Assembly (NCBI RefSeq): GCF_018350175.1
Contig: NC_058368.1
Coordinates: 233,680,001 to 233,744,000, forward strand
DNA length: 64,000 bases
Direction: 5' to 3'
DNA from: Felis catus
Taxonomy: Eukaryota
Of the stretch, positions 25,431-38,356 are shown one piece after another (position 1 is the stretch's first letter; each line of letters opens with the position of its first letter). The notes beneath the pieces were generated by a model that saw only the letters and a list, made by a program, of their open reading frames with translations, did not search any database and had not been told where the DNA came from. The position numbers and the translations under genes are program-made.

Positions 25431-27727
25431 ATAAATTCACAGAGTGCAAGTGGGCACTTCTGGCTTCCGCCTCGCACGCCGCCATCGGTCAAGAGCATCG
25501 TGCCCAGCCTATCGCTGGAGAAAAGCAGAAACTCCTGACCTTCCTTGAGCTCATCAGGGAGTGGACGTCACATGGCAACGACCTAGCCTGACGTCGCAGG
25601 AAAGATGGGTGCCCCTGAGGGGTGGACGGATGGGAGCCGGCACCCCCTCACACACCCGTGCTGGAGCAAATGAAGACAGGACCACCACGTGGGCAGGTAA
25701 GAAGAGGTCAGCTGGAAAATTTGATGAATTGCTGAGGGCGAGCGCGGGCTAGTGTGAGAGGGCAGAACCTGGGGGCTGAGACACGAGGCGGGTGTGTGCC
25801 CATTCCCCGGCTCTTCCCAGAGGCTTCCCCCAAGCGTTCCTGGAAAAGCCTGGGAGTGAGGCAGGAAGGTGGGAGAAGCCTCCTTCGACGGTGCATGCTC
25901 GGAAGAGAGAAGGGCCACCACTGTTGAAATGGCAGAAAGCCCAGCCCCGCCCTTCTCCCTACAGTACAAAAGCCTCAAGCCACGGAGATAAGGCAGCATT
26001 TCTTGTCACCCCCAGAGCATAAGTGAAGAATAAGTAAATGTTTGTAAAGAGTCCTCTATTCTTTGGCGGGGGTGGGGAGGCCATGAATGCATTCCAGATC
26101 ACAAGAACTCTGCTGGTCATGGGGAAGTACAGGGCCCTGGACACAGAGCCTGCCTAATAGGGAGGCAGGCCCGGGACAGCACAGCTCCTCTCCTCTGATC
26201 CCATCATCAGGCTGAGTACTGAGTAATAAGTAATCATACGGGGGGAGGGGTAGGCGTGAAACGAGAGACGCTGCTGGGGTACAGGGCACACAGGAAAGGC
26301 CTAAAGCTGAGGGCAGAGCAAGAACACTGGAAAAAGCCCTCCGCCAAACCAGACCACAGCCTGAGGACGAGGAAAAGAATGAAAAGCAGTGGTGCGGGAA
26401 GGCCACAAGCCAAAACCCAAACCCAGAACAACTCCTGACAAGAACGAGTCAACCCTCCACGCCGACCGTCTGGCGGAAGGAGAGGCCTGCCCACTGCTAG
26501 GCCTAAGTCGTAACTATCTCCACTTCTACTGTCCAACTTAGAAGTCGAACATTCGGTCAAAGATTATGGGGCACATGACAATCCACGGGAAAACGCATCA
26601 ACAGGAGACAAAGCAAGCCAAAAATCCACATACACACGTGATCCAGAAAAGGAGCTTAAAATAGCTGCAATTAACGTATGAAACACTGGACAAGAAAGAC
26701 AACACACGTGAACACAGAGGGTTTCAGTAGTGGGGGAGGCGTCGTAAGAAAGAGTAAAAGGGAAATCCTAGACATTGAAACATGAAGACAGACAGGAAGG
26801 AAGCCTCTGACAGATGGAGAAGTCATTGGTGGAGTCAACACAACCTAGGTAGGTGTCAGTGACACTGAAGACAGGTTGTAGAAATTAACCAAACGTGAAC
26901 ACAAGGAGAAGAAAGGTGGGGACTGAATAGGCTAGCGCATCTCCGAGCGGTAAAACAATAGCAAACAGCCACTAACGTGTATTATAAGAGCCTAAAGGAG
27001 AGGACAGAATGGGAAGTAAGAAATAATGGTTGAAGATTTTTCACAATTAAAGGAACATATCAAACCACTGATCCAAGGACCTCAGGATAAATACAAAAAA
27101 AAGAAAAAGAAAAAGAAATCTTGACATATTATTATCAAACTGCTGAAATCCAAAACCAAAGAGAAAATCTGAAAGGCTTCCCAGGAAAGTAAAAATACAT
27201 TACAAAGGGAGGAACAAAGAAAAGAATTACAGCCAACGCCTACCTAGAAACTATGTAACATAGAAAACAATGGATTGGCATTTTAAATTGTTGAAAGAAA
27301 TAAAAACTGTCAAACTGGAATCTATACTCAGAGAAAATGTCTCTAAAAGTGAAGAAGAATTATAGACACCTTTTTTTTTTCAAACAGATTAAAATTAGAG
27401 GGTTTATTACCCACAGATCTGCACTACAGAAACTTGGATCTACACAAACAGAGCAAAAATTCCAGAAACGAATAAAATAAAGGTAAATGTAAAAACCATT
27501 TTTCCTTTGTTAAAAAAAGCATTCTAAAATGTAATGTCAAGGAAAAAGAGTAGCAATAGACTGAATTTGCAGCTAAGAATACGATAAATGAAAGCAATAG
27601 CATGAAAAATGGGAGAGACCTTAACAATAAACTGTTACAGGGCTCTTAGTACATGTGAAGTGGCATAATATTATTTAAAGGTAAACTGCAATTAAAGACA
27701 CCCACTAAAAAACTACAGGAGGTATAT

Positions 27728-27948
27728 GGGGCACCTGGGTGGCTCAGTTAGTTAAGCGACCGACTTTGGCTCAGGTCATGAGCTCATAGTTTGTGGGTTC
27801 AAGCCCCGCATCGGGCTCTGTGCTGATGGCTCAGAGCCTGGAGCCTGCTTCGGATTCTGTGTCTCCCTCTCTCTCTCTGCCCCTCCCCTGCTCACACTCT
27901 GTGTCTCTCTCAAAAATAAATAAACATTAAAATTTTTTTAAAAAAAAT
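27728..27948 (+). mobile_element. Can-SINE (feline type)
   Basis: TSD tacaggaggtata. Confidence 0.93.
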
Positions 27949-28405
27949 TACAGGAGGTATAAATAAAAAAATTGGAGGAGGTATAAATAAAATACTCAAG
28001 CAAAAAGCAGGCAGATTAATGATTTTTAATGGCAAAGAACAGATGGAACAAATAGAAAACAGCTTGCAAGGTTGCAGTCTTTAATCCGACCTTATCAATA
28101 ATTATGTAGAAAGTAAGCAGTTAAACACACCCATTAAAAAAACAGTCATCTTGGATAACAAAGTAATAACCAACATTGCTCGGTCTACAAGGAATTCAAG
28201 TTAAAAACAAAGACACAGATGGACTTCAGGTGAGAAAAACAGAAAAAGGGGTACCATATGAACTCCAACTGGAAAAATCTAGACTGGTTTTATTTTAGCA
28301 GACAAAGCATCCTTCAGAATGAGGGATAGTACCAAGATTAGGAAAGGACACTGCATATGATAATGGATTAATTCACAAAGAAGGTATAAGAAACTGTAAA
28401 ATGCA

Positions 28406-28600
28406 GGGGCACCTGGGCGGCTCAGTCGGTTGAGGAAACAACTTCAACTCAGGACATGATCTCATAGTTATGAATCTGAGCCCCACGTTGGGCTCTCCAC
28501 TCTCAGTGTGGAGGCCTGCTTGGAATCCTCTGTCCCCTCTGTCTCTGCCCCTCCCCCGCCTGCTCATGTGCTCTCTCTCTCAAAAATAAACATTAAAAAA
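28406..28600 (+). mobile_element. Can-SINE
   Basis: TSD taagaaactgt. Confidence 0.9.
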
Positions 28601-29111
28601 TAAGAAACTGTCATATGCATGTACTTAGCAACACAGCCTCAAAATACGTGAATCAAAAATGATTTACCTTTATCAAAGCAGTTGAACCCAAACTGTCGCT
28701 GAAAAATTCAACTTCCCTCTTGGTAATTAATATAGTAGAGAGAAAATCAGTAACAAGGGCAAGATCTAAAAAAATCCATCAATCAACGTATTCTAATTTT
28801 TTATAGGACATTCCATTCAGCAAAGGTGGGAAATGCATTCTTTTCAGTAACTCACGGAACATCATCACCGTAGAACACGCTCTGGTCTATAAAACAAACC
28901 TTGAAAATTTGAATGAATCTAAATCATAAAAACATGAAACGAGAAGTCAATTACAAAAATACAGAAGATATGGAAATAATTATGTAACTTGTGAAAATTA
29001 TCCAGAAGATAAAGGGAGAAAGAAAGGTGACACAGCCAACTGGAGACCCTACTGTTAAGAAATGCCATATTCTCTCTCTCTCATGCACACACACCCCCCA
29101 CACACACGCCT

Positions 29112-29218
29112 TTAAAAAAAAAATTTAACTGAACCCTACCCCCAACGTGGGGCTCAAACTCACGACCCTGAGATCAAGAGTGGCACGTTCTACTGACTAA
29201 GCCAGCCAGGCACCCCCC
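29112..29218 (-). mobile_element. Short tRNA-Lys-like Can-SINE
   Basis: ccaacgtggggctcaaactcacgaccctgagatcaagag..gccagccaggcacccc. Confidence 0.85.
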
Positions 29219-29407
29219 ACACCGTGATTATTAAGAGGACACATGGCAAATGTCTGAGCTCTAAATCACATTTATCTCCTCAAATACTTTTGGCTCTTGG
29301 TAATGCAACATGTCAACAAAAAGTTCGAGAACACGCTGAAGATACAATTACCTGAGAGAATAACTTTGATCAGTAATTGACTCGATAGCACATTTAGGAT
29401 GCATGTA

Positions 29408-29624
29408 TTTTATTTGTTTTTAAGTTTATTTATTTATTTTGAGAGAGACAGAGCGAGTGAGTGGGGGAGGGCCAGAGATAGAGGGTGACAGAGCGAATCC
29501 CAAGCAGGCTCCACGCTGTCAGCGCAGAGCTTGACATGGGGCTCAAACTCATGAACCATGAGATCACTGACCTGAGCTGAAGCAAAGAGCTGGATACTTA
29601 ACCAACTGAGCCATCCAGGTGCCC
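29408..29624 (-). mobile_element. Can-SINE
   Basis: Reverse SINEC. Confidence 0.9.
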
Positions 29625-29640
29625 CTAGGACATGTACGCT

Positions 29641-29862
29641 TTATTTTTTTTTTAATTTTTTACTGTTTATTTATTATTGAGAGGCAGAGACAGAGTGTGA
29701 ACATGGGAGGGACAGAGAGAGAAGGAGACACAGAATCCAAAGCAGGCTCCGGGCTCTGAGCTGTCAGCACAGAGCCCGACGCGGGGCTTGAACTCACAAA
29801 CCGTGAGATCGTGACCTGAGCTGCAGTCGGATGTCCAACTGACTGAGCCACCCAGGCGCCCC
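29641..29862 (-). mobile_element. Can-SINE (feline type)
   Basis: Reverse SINEC. Confidence 0.93.
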
Positions 29863-30088
29863 AGGAGATGTGCACTTTAAAGACCATCGCTCTGAAATGC
29901 AAGATGAAGTTGGCTCTACACCACAGAAGCCAAAATATAGCTAATTATGGTTGATCTCCTTCCAGAGAATCACTTTCTCCTTGATAATATTCTCACAATA
30001 ATGCTGAGATGGCCAATTAAGAACAAACAAACAAAAAAAAAAAAAAAAAGGAAGGAAAAATGCCGTATTGCCATGGTAGACCATATAC

Positions 30089-30128
30089 CTGCTTTGTGCT
30101 TTCAGGACAACTCGTGAAAATATGCGGT
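30089..30128 (-). pseudogene. Downstream exon (40 nt): PHIFTSCPESTKQ, or RIFSRVVLKAQS in the other frame
   Basis: Long pyrimidine tract ending ttgtttcatag, donor CAG|gtatat. Confidence 0.6.
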
Positions 30129-31339
30129 CTATGAAACAATGGATGAAAATTTTGAAAAGGAGCAAGATGCAGAAAGTAAGAGACGGAGGGGCATGCGGAA
30201 ACCAAAAGTGAGCCAACATCAGAGAGAAAACAACACACCAAAGGATCGCTACACTTCACCGCAATCAACAGGGGTGCGCGCACTGTTACCACAAGGCGCT
30301 CACATCACAAGCTGTTGTGTTATTTATATGGTTCTCCAAGGTGCAGCCCAAAGCCGTGAGATAAAAAAGTTACAACTATCGGAAACTAAACGAAGAAGTA
30401 TCTTTGTGTGTAGAACACCAACAAAATAGGCAAACGAATACTGAAAAAAATAAACAGCATGAAATGGGCCCGTCAGTTACAGAGAGAAAGAGAGAGGGAG
30501 AGAACAATACAGAAAATTTGAGTAAAACTTCCTCACGAAAATTTCAAGAATAAAATGCATCCGGAAATAGACAGAATGCAAATATTCAGGGTGTATGTGG
30601 AGAAAACTGTGAAGCCTTACCAAGGGTCAGCGTAAAAGTGAACAAAACCAATAAAAAGCCCCATCGTGTTCTTATGCAAGAATGGTTATTATTGTGAATC
30701 TGTTGTTGTTCCCAAATGAATGGGTAGATGTCATGCAATGTCAATAAAACTTATAAAGGAATTCAGGAACAAAGGACTTCTCAAGTGATTCAGGAAGAAT
30801 ACACTGAAATGAACAGGAAAAGAAAACACATATGCATAGAATCATGAGAAAGGATTTGAACTGCGTAGGAGAAATGAAACTAAAGTCAAAGCTTAAATTA
30901 TGTACACGCTCTTTCTCCTAGAAATAGCACTTAGAGGGTTTCACTGTGCGACCCGATCTGTCAGGGTTGTGACAGCAAAACACCAGGCCCCTTCCGAGGA
31001 TCCACAACAAGGAAAAGGTAAGTTAGAACACCCAGGAAGGAACAGTAAGCAACCACTGTTGATAAGCGAATATCCTTAAGACTATCATCTATTATAAACA
31101 GAACTAAGGCTATAAGAATGTTATGATCACATCTTTGTTTCTGCGTAAAAAGTGCACAGGCACACGTATTAAGTATAAAGCTAGAATCTTGATCTCAAAA
31201 GTTAACAGCAGTTATGAATGGGTGGTTGGCTAACTTTCTTTTTTTTAATCTCTGTCTTTTGTGTGGGTTCTAATATCTCTGCAAAAAAAAAAAGTCATAG
31301 ATTACTCTTGTAATCGAGAAATAAATTAATGCTACTTAC

Positions 31340-31414
31340 TAAAATTCCCAGAAAATGAAAATTAAGTCATAAAAATGACCACTCGCTGGGCCTGTCTGAC
31401 TGGTACAGGGAAAC
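31340..31414 (-). pseudogene. Exon remnant (phase 1-1): FPVPVRQAQRVVIFMT*FSFSGNF
   Basis: Acceptor ccaccttcttctag, donor TTA|gtaagt. 75 nt. Matches the GREB1 terminal FQTANAREDRPLFFLT. Confidence 0.6.
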
Positions 31415-31560
31415 CTAGAAGAAGGTGGGTTTGCCCACGTTTCTGCCTTTACGTGGTGGGGACAATACGGCATATTCAACGCTTTCTGACCATATGGCAT
31501 ATTCCAATACTGTGGGCTGACTTTGCTCTGACACTTAATTACAAGGCTGTTTAAACTTAC

Positions 31561-31876
31561 GTAACCTTTCCTGGACATGAAATGTCCAAACATTCTTTTG
31601 AAGGTGTTATTTATTTAAGCATTGGGTTTCAGATGAATTTGTTTAAAACATGAGGAGTTTGAATGTCTGGCCTCAGCTCACACAGTAATAAGAGTTTCTG
31701 CAACACAGTCTGAATTCATAGCTCCTGGGTCCTTGATTTTTATGCAAACTTCTAGATTTGGCAGATAAACAGCTCTTTAGCTCAGCAACAGGATACAGAT
31801 TCAGACCAATAGCTTTCCACCTACTGTCCTGTTGACCTCGTCTTTCTTCAATGAACAGTCTTTTGTTATTGGCATT
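31561..31876 (-). pseudogene. Exon remnant (ends phase 1): ..RWKAIGLNLYPVAELKSCLSAKSRSLHKNQGPRSYEFRLCCRNSYYCVS*GQTFKLLMF*...*HLQKNVWTFHVQERL
   Basis: Perfect donor TAC|gtaagt. Polypyrimidine tract near 31880-31920 lacks AG (ttttgtaa, acceptor probably mutated). Colinear with GREB1 GLLLY..HFLKG..VICQD..RQT..EWQF. Confidence 0.55.
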
Positions 31877-32328
31877 TTACAAAAGAGGCAAATTTTATAA
31901 CAGCAAAGAGAGAAAAATACTAAGACTGCATACAATTCGAAAAGCAGTTGCAAAATCATCCTCGCAAAGGCTATACAAATGAATATATTTTATCGATCAT
32001 TTGGTTGTCAAATTGGTATGAAATCTGGCAAAGTTATTTAAGAACGAATTCCTTCTCCTACAAAGCACTTGTCCTCTAGTATGCCCTGACCTGGCAAGTG
32101 CCCACTGCCTCCCTGTCCTCAGATGGAGCCTGGCAAGGAGGAGTTAATTTAGGTCTTCATACACTGTTTCCCATAAATCTCTCACGCCCTGTCCCCCTTT
32201 CTGATCCTGGTATCATCCTATCTGCTCAACAGCCAATCCTTCCCCAGTACACACTTCAAAAGGCTGTTGACTGATGTGCGTGTATTTAAGTTCAGGTCTG
32301 TCTCTGATGAAACCGAGATGCTATTTCT

Positions 32329-32531
32329 TTTTTTTTTTTTTAATGTTTATTTATTTTTTAGAGAGACAGAGACAGAATGTAGGTGGGTTAGGGGCAGGGA
32401 GAGAGGGAGACACAGAAGCAGAAGCAGGCTCTAAGCTCTGAGCTGTCAGCACAGAGCCCAACGCGGGGCTCGAACTCACGAGCTGTGAGATCATGACCTG
32501 AGCCGACCGACTGAGCCCCCCAGGCGCCCCC
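32329..32531 (-). mobile_element. Can-SINE (feline type)
   Basis: TSD CCGAGATGCTATTTC. Confidence 0.93.
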
Positions 32532-32778
32532 CGAGATGCTATTTCAATCATAATCGTTACAATGATCACCACCACACAAGGATCACCCATGGATATTTTC
32601 ATCATATATTAAGAAATGGGAAGTTCATCCAACTGCTCCTTTTAAGGAATTATGGTTTACACAGCAGTAGTGGGGTTTTTTTTATCCTCATAAAGAAGCA
32701 ATATTTTAGCTAATCCATGTTCATTATTATCCATTAATGATAAGCCCTGTCCTTTAACCTATAATATCAAGACAATGT

Positions 32779-32998
32779 TTTATTCTTTTTTTTTTTGAAG
32801 AGAGAGAGAGAGAGAGAGAGAGCGAGCGCGCGCGCCTATGCCCACAAGCATGAGTAGGGGAGGGGCTGAGACAGGGAGGAGCCCAACTCCTCAGTGTGGA
32901 GCCCAACTCGGGGCTCAATCTCACGAACCTCGAGATCATGACCTAAGCCGAAATCAAGAGTCAGGTGCTAACCATCTGAGCCAGCCAGACGCCACCCA
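32779..32998 (-). mobile_element. Can-SINE
   Basis: Reverse SINEC; flanking caagacaa. Confidence 0.88.
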
Positions 32999-33592
32999 AG
33001 ACAAAGTTTTAGAAATACTCCTTCCCATGTGCATGGGAAACATCATTAAGGAGATACCCACGAGGGAACGACTTATTTAACCATAAGCTCTCTGAGTGAT
33101 TAAAGCTCGATGAATAAGGCCGTTGTCTCAAGGAGTTTTTAATCTAGTAAGATGTAAGGATGAAACTGTTCTTTTGGAAAGTCAACATATTTTTGGTAGA
33201 AACAGCCTATAAATGATTTCTTTCTTCTCCAGTGGAAACAAAGTTCATTTATCAGGAAACACTGCTGAATCACAGAATTCTCTACTGAGGGCAGAAGTCT
33301 GAGGATCCTGGTTTGGATAAACTCCCATGCAGTCCTTTGAAGTTAGGGGGACCTCCATTTACACACAGAACGGCTCACCCATCTATGACAGCGTGATGAC
33401 GCTTCTCCATGGCCACCGATGGCAGATGTAACAACCAAGTTTCCTGACGGCTCAGTGACACAGGGTAAGGTGACTTCCAGGAAGTAGAGGCGAGGGGGCC
33501 TGGGCAAAAATAAAGTCTGGCTGACGGACTCTTCCAGGGTTATTGGGATCTAAGAGTTCTGCTTCCCAGAAAGCCTGTTGCCTTCTTTTATA

Positions 33593-33690
33593 ATTTTTTA
33601 AAGTTTATTTATTATTTTCAGAGAGAGAGAGAGAGAGAGCAAGTGGGGAAGGGGAAGAGAGAGAGAAAGAGAGAGAGCGAGAGCGAGAGC

Positions 33691-33732
<42 letters not shown>

Positions 33733-33847
33733 TCCACGCAGGCTCCACGCCACCAGTGCAGAGCCCAACGCAGGGCTCGAACTCACGAATGGTGTGACCA
33801 CGTTCTGAGCCGAAGTCGGACGCTTAACTGAGCCACTCAGGTGCCCC
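33593..33847 (-). mobile_element. Can-SINE with expanded (GA)n
   Basis: Reverse SINEC. Confidence 0.9.
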
Positions 33848-33879
33848 TTTGGTTTGGTTTTGTTTCTTGAGGCAATACA

Positions 33880-34520
33880 GCTCAGGAGCTGAGAGCAAAG
33901 CTCAAAGTCGCTATCCAGGTGAGCAGCCCGATGCTAATCCTAACTAGCTGGCCTGTGCACAACTTACTTCAGCTCTCTCTGCCTCAGTGTCCTCACCTCC
34001 AAACCAGTCCCTGCCCCACAGGGTGGCCGTGGGGAGGAGCGGAGCACACATGCTCTCCGGGGCGGGGAGGGCACGCAGATGGCACCTCGCAGGTGCCGCC
34101 CGTTGTTAGTATTTTCCATTCCTTAAACACGGTTGGCCCTGACTCAGCTCCACACGACGTGGACGCTATTATGAACCGTCTTCACCAAGGAAATGGGATT
34201 AAGAGAAACGCCAGTCGTTAAAGTTATATTCATCAGCCTCCTGAAATGATGGGTTCTAGCAGCCAGTCTGCAGCTTTCTCCAATGCTGGTGTTTTCCCTG
34301 AGCAACGAGAGGTCAGTACAGTGGTTAGGGGCGCAGCCTCCGGCACCTGCTGGCTGTGACCTTGGCAAGCTGTAATAACTCCATGCCCCAGCTTCACCTG
34401 TAAAGAGGGGACGATGACATAACCTTTCTCATTAGAGCTGCTGAGCTGAGTAAGTTAATGTATGTCAGGGACTGAGGAGGCACTGGGCAGGTAGAAAATG
34501 CTCCCTAAATATTACTTGCT
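33880..34520 (+). mobile_element. Two MIR fragments
   Basis: ctctctctgcctcagtgtcctcacct; gctgtgaccttggcaagc..cagcttcacctgtaaa. Confidence 0.55.
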
Positions 34521-34594
34521 CTGTACAAACAAGTCTAAGATCATTTTAAGAAAAATAAAAATGATCTCATACAGGCCACCCCGTGAAGTTGCAT
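34516..34594 (-). pseudogene. Exon remnant (phase 0-1): MQLHGVACMRSFLFFLK*S*TCLYRA
   Basis: Strong acceptor gtttttgtttttgttcttcag, donor CAA|gtaata. Resembles GREB1 DHPVLSVDCYLNLGSQISVCY. Confidence 0.55.
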
Positions 34595-35238
34595 CTGAAG
34601 AACAAAAACAAAAACCTCAAAGGCATAGCTTGATGACTCTACTCCGAAAAAAATAAAATCAGGCTGAGATGAACACTCAAAGCAGTCACAGTTACACGTT
34701 TGTCCAATATCACTAATTACAAAGAATGTCGTCTTAAAATGTTCCACTTCTATTGTTCATAACAAGGTTCTTAGTTCACAGAGGCGGAGAAGCTATTTTT
34801 AAAAGGCAAAAACTCATCTATTTGGGGGCAATTTGCAAGGCTAGAAAATAGCTGTTTCACTGCTAAGATGTTTTGCAGTGAAGTATCAGTGGGGACTGTC
34901 CAGGGGCCCAGGACCTTCCCGCCCAGAATTAGGTAGTCCTTCCAATAACCACGGCAGAAAAGCCATGAAGACGTGATGCCCTCCCTTCAAGGAAACTCTG
35001 TGGGAAGAGCTGGTGGCCAGCACCACCAAACACATCCCAAACTAAGAGGAAGAGAGAGCCGCTTTCCTACCATACGCTGAATTGGTACGTATCTACAGAT
35101 CGGTATCTACATACACACCCGCGTAAAATTTCACGACGCCGTTAAGCTGTCGTCCTAACATTCGCGCACTTTGCAGCATGTGAGTTACACCTCAATCAAA
35201 AAGAAAAACGTGCTAGTAAAAATGGGATGGCAGTCCTT

Positions 35239-35276
35239 GCCCGGCTAGCTCAGTCGGTAGAGCATGAGACTCTTAA
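35239..35276 (+). pseudogene. Tailless tRNA-Lys(CTT) 5'-half retrocopy
   Basis: GCCCGGCTAGCTCAGTCGGTAGAGCATGAGACTCTTAA equals nt 1-38 of vertebrate tRNA-Lys-CTT and ends in the anticodon loop. Flanked by the direct repeat TAAAAATGGGATGGC (35217-35231 and 35274-35288). Confidence 0.9.
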
Positions 35277-36897
35277 AAATGGGATGGCTGTAGCTCCCAC
35301 CTGAAAAACCGCAGGTGTCTGATTCGCATGGACTTTGTCCCCAACATAATTTGTCCCCTTTCTGCAGCGCCTGTACCAGTGGCTTGCCCTAAGGAAGGAC
35401 ACATTGGGAGAGTGGCCAAGAGGAGGGCTTTGGGGGACAGGAGAAAGGAAGCAGGCGGTCCGGAGAAGGTGACTTCTTTGGATACCAAAGTAGCTGGGTT
35501 CTGGAATTCTGTAACGCGGAGCTGACTGGCTTGAAGCAGCAGAGAGAGAAAAAAGCCTGGCAGGCCGGACTCCGAGGCGCCTGATCCCAGCAGCTGGCGG
35601 CGGGGGTGACACGGAAGATGAAGACTGTACTAAAGGAAGGTGCCTCTCAGGGGAAAGAGGGGAAATCCAACTTGGGGGTATCCTATAGCCGTCTGAAGGG
35701 CTATGCGGGATTCCAGATGTAATTAGTACCATCAACTAGATACTCCACCTGGGTCTCACACCCAGCACCTCCTGCTCACACCATCTACTCCGGGCACTTG
35801 GATATGGTCACTGGGACTCAGTCATGTCACACGCAAAGTCACATCTTCTCATATCCAGCTTAACAGCAGCCCGCCGCCCCTCCGATCAGCGCCCGCTGCT
35901 AACTGACCTGGCCCTCTCTGTCCTAGGTCCCTCCTGCTGCAGAGGAAGGCACGCTTCAGTGACCCAGCCTCGGCCCTCCAACAGCCTGCTTCAGCCCGGG
36001 GCAGACAGCAGCACCAGGATACAGAGGGCGTTTTCAGGAAGTCATCAGCACCATGTAGAAAAATCCAACAAAATTAAGGGAGATCTGGCGGGACTTCCTA
36101 AAAATTTGTCCCAACGTGTCACTTCTCTACTTAAAATCTCCAATGGCTTTCCTTTGTCTGCCAAGTAAAATACAAATTTATTTTGGTGTCATCTGGGACA
36201 CATCAAAGTAGAGCAGCCAAAATGGAGAATGTGGGACCCCCTCCTCTGTTCTGTTTCTCTGTAGCTTTGCCATTGCTGTCACTTCCTCCATCAACCCTTC
36301 CTTCCCATAATCCCATCCTGCCTCTGAAAGCACTGTCTCCATGGAACATTCTTAGTCCTTCAACCTAATATGGTCCCTTCCTCCTTTGAATCCCCGCAGA
36401 TTGGGGGGGGGGGGAAGGGTATAAAGAATTTTCCTTTATCTACTATGCTAAAAAAAGAGATTTACATGCTTAGCTCATTCCCTTTCCAGGCTGTGCGCAT
36501 TCTTTCTGCATTGTGCTCCCAACTCCCAGTCATCCATGGGATGGATGGAGGGCGACGGTATAGCTTCAGGTTGAAACACCAGAGTTCTGGGACCGGACTC
36601 AGATATAGCTTTGGGTCTGTATACGGGACCCATCAACAAAGAGCCGTTAATACTGGGAATGTTACACAACCTTTTTGGGGCCTCAGCCCCCTCAACCGTA
36701 AAATGGGGGAGGCGTGGTAACAAACACTTCACAGGACAAAGGCGTGCACGCAGAATGGTGCCCACCACACGCCCCACGGCGTAATCGCTCTCCTCACTGT
36801 CCCCGTTGCAATGCACCACACGCTGAACAAATCCTCACAGAATGGAGGGACAGTATGAGTGGGGATGTGATGACAGGATCAAGACTTGGAAGGCTTT

Positions 36898-37123
36898 GGG
36901 GGACACGTGGGTCGCTCAGCTGATAAAACGTCTGACTCTTGGTTTCAGTTCGGGACATGATCTCACGGCTTTGTGGGTTTGAGCCCCACAGGGGGCTCTG
37001 TGCTGACACTGCAGAGCCTGCTTGGGATTGTCTCTCTCCCTCTCTCTCTCTGCCCCTCCCTTACTCACGCGGTCTCTGTCTCTCTCAAAACCAATAAATA
37101 AAACATATTTTTTTTTAAAAAAA
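36898..37123 (+). mobile_element. Can-SINE
   Basis: Head, CT tract, tail. Confidence 0.88.
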
Positions 37124-38356
37124 GAAGGATTTAGGCAGTCCATATGATAGGGGAAACCAAAACCTGACATGCAGCAGGTATAAACATAAGTACTGGGTTT
37201 CAAAAGCCAGAGTACATAAGCATGTTTATTCAAATATTTTTTTGTGATTAAAACACACTGCTTTTACTGACTTTAAGGTAGACACAAGCCAACTCAAAAG
37301 AAAACTGAGTTTTCATCTCAAATCCATGGGCATCCCAACCTTGCCTGGCTGTCACAAAGCCCAGTGCTGTGCTCCCCTCTGACACACCACCACAACACAC
37401 CTCTCTCCCCAGACCTACCGCACACCGCAGGGCCAGTCCCCACCTGCCCCTGTGCCCCCATTACCTGGGCCACTGCAGCAGCCCCTTGGCGGGTTCCAAA
37501 GCTCCAGTGAGCTGGCCACGGGTACACAAACATCCATTTAACATTCTATGTTCTAATCCCCGCCCCACACCAGGGAGTCAAATGGAGAATGCTGTCCTTT
37601 ACGCCACAAGGGCCCGCCCTGACGCTAAAAACAACTAAAATGAGAGCAAAGCAAATATTAAAACCACACAGAATATAATTTCAGCAATTTGATGATTCAA
37701 GGCACTTCATAATTTTTAGGCATTCTTGGTGAGAACTGCCTTCAGTTACTATTATAGTCATAAGTTGCCGTTGAAACGGAATGTCAAATAATTTGAGTTT
37801 TTCTTGCTACGTTTGACAACCCGCATTTTTTTTAATATTGAGCGAAAATATTTCCCATGAGAGGCATGAAGTGTCAAATACATTAGTTCTTAACTTCCGT
37901 CAATGTGACTAAAACAGCAATACGGGGCACGCCATTTAATCAAGAAATTAAAACTTGGCGACTGATCTCGTACTATCAATCAGGAGCCGAAAAACACAAT
38001 TTGGGGACTGACATGTTTGTTACTTTCATCTGCCAGTACTTTTTAAACATTCCCATTAATTAGCCTGAGAGATTCATGAGTCTCTTCCAAGTGTTATTCA
38101 ACTGCTGCTACTTGAAAATAATAACGTTAGAGGCACTGAGATGCGGTGTTTGGTTCTTAGGCTGCTGTTAATTAAAACACATTAGCCCTAATCGAATGCT
38201 CAGGCAGCATCTTGTAGACAGTCCCCTGCTGGTCCGTCTATTCGCGTGTTCTATTTACAAGAGAAGCAACAAACTACCCTCAAATGTGCAGAAGCCATGA
38301 CCCGCCAAGCAGAAGTGCAAGTATCCATCCCAGCTTCTTCATGGCCCAAACCTTAC

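Larger units (their letters stand above)
26450..28990 (+). mobile_element. Old L1 ORF1/ORF2-start remnant interrupted by two SINEs
   Basis: A-rich sense-strand L1-like motifs (atcaaactgctgaaatccaaaaccaaagagaaaatc, ggacattccattcagcaaaggtgggaaatgcattctttt). Confidence 0.65.
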
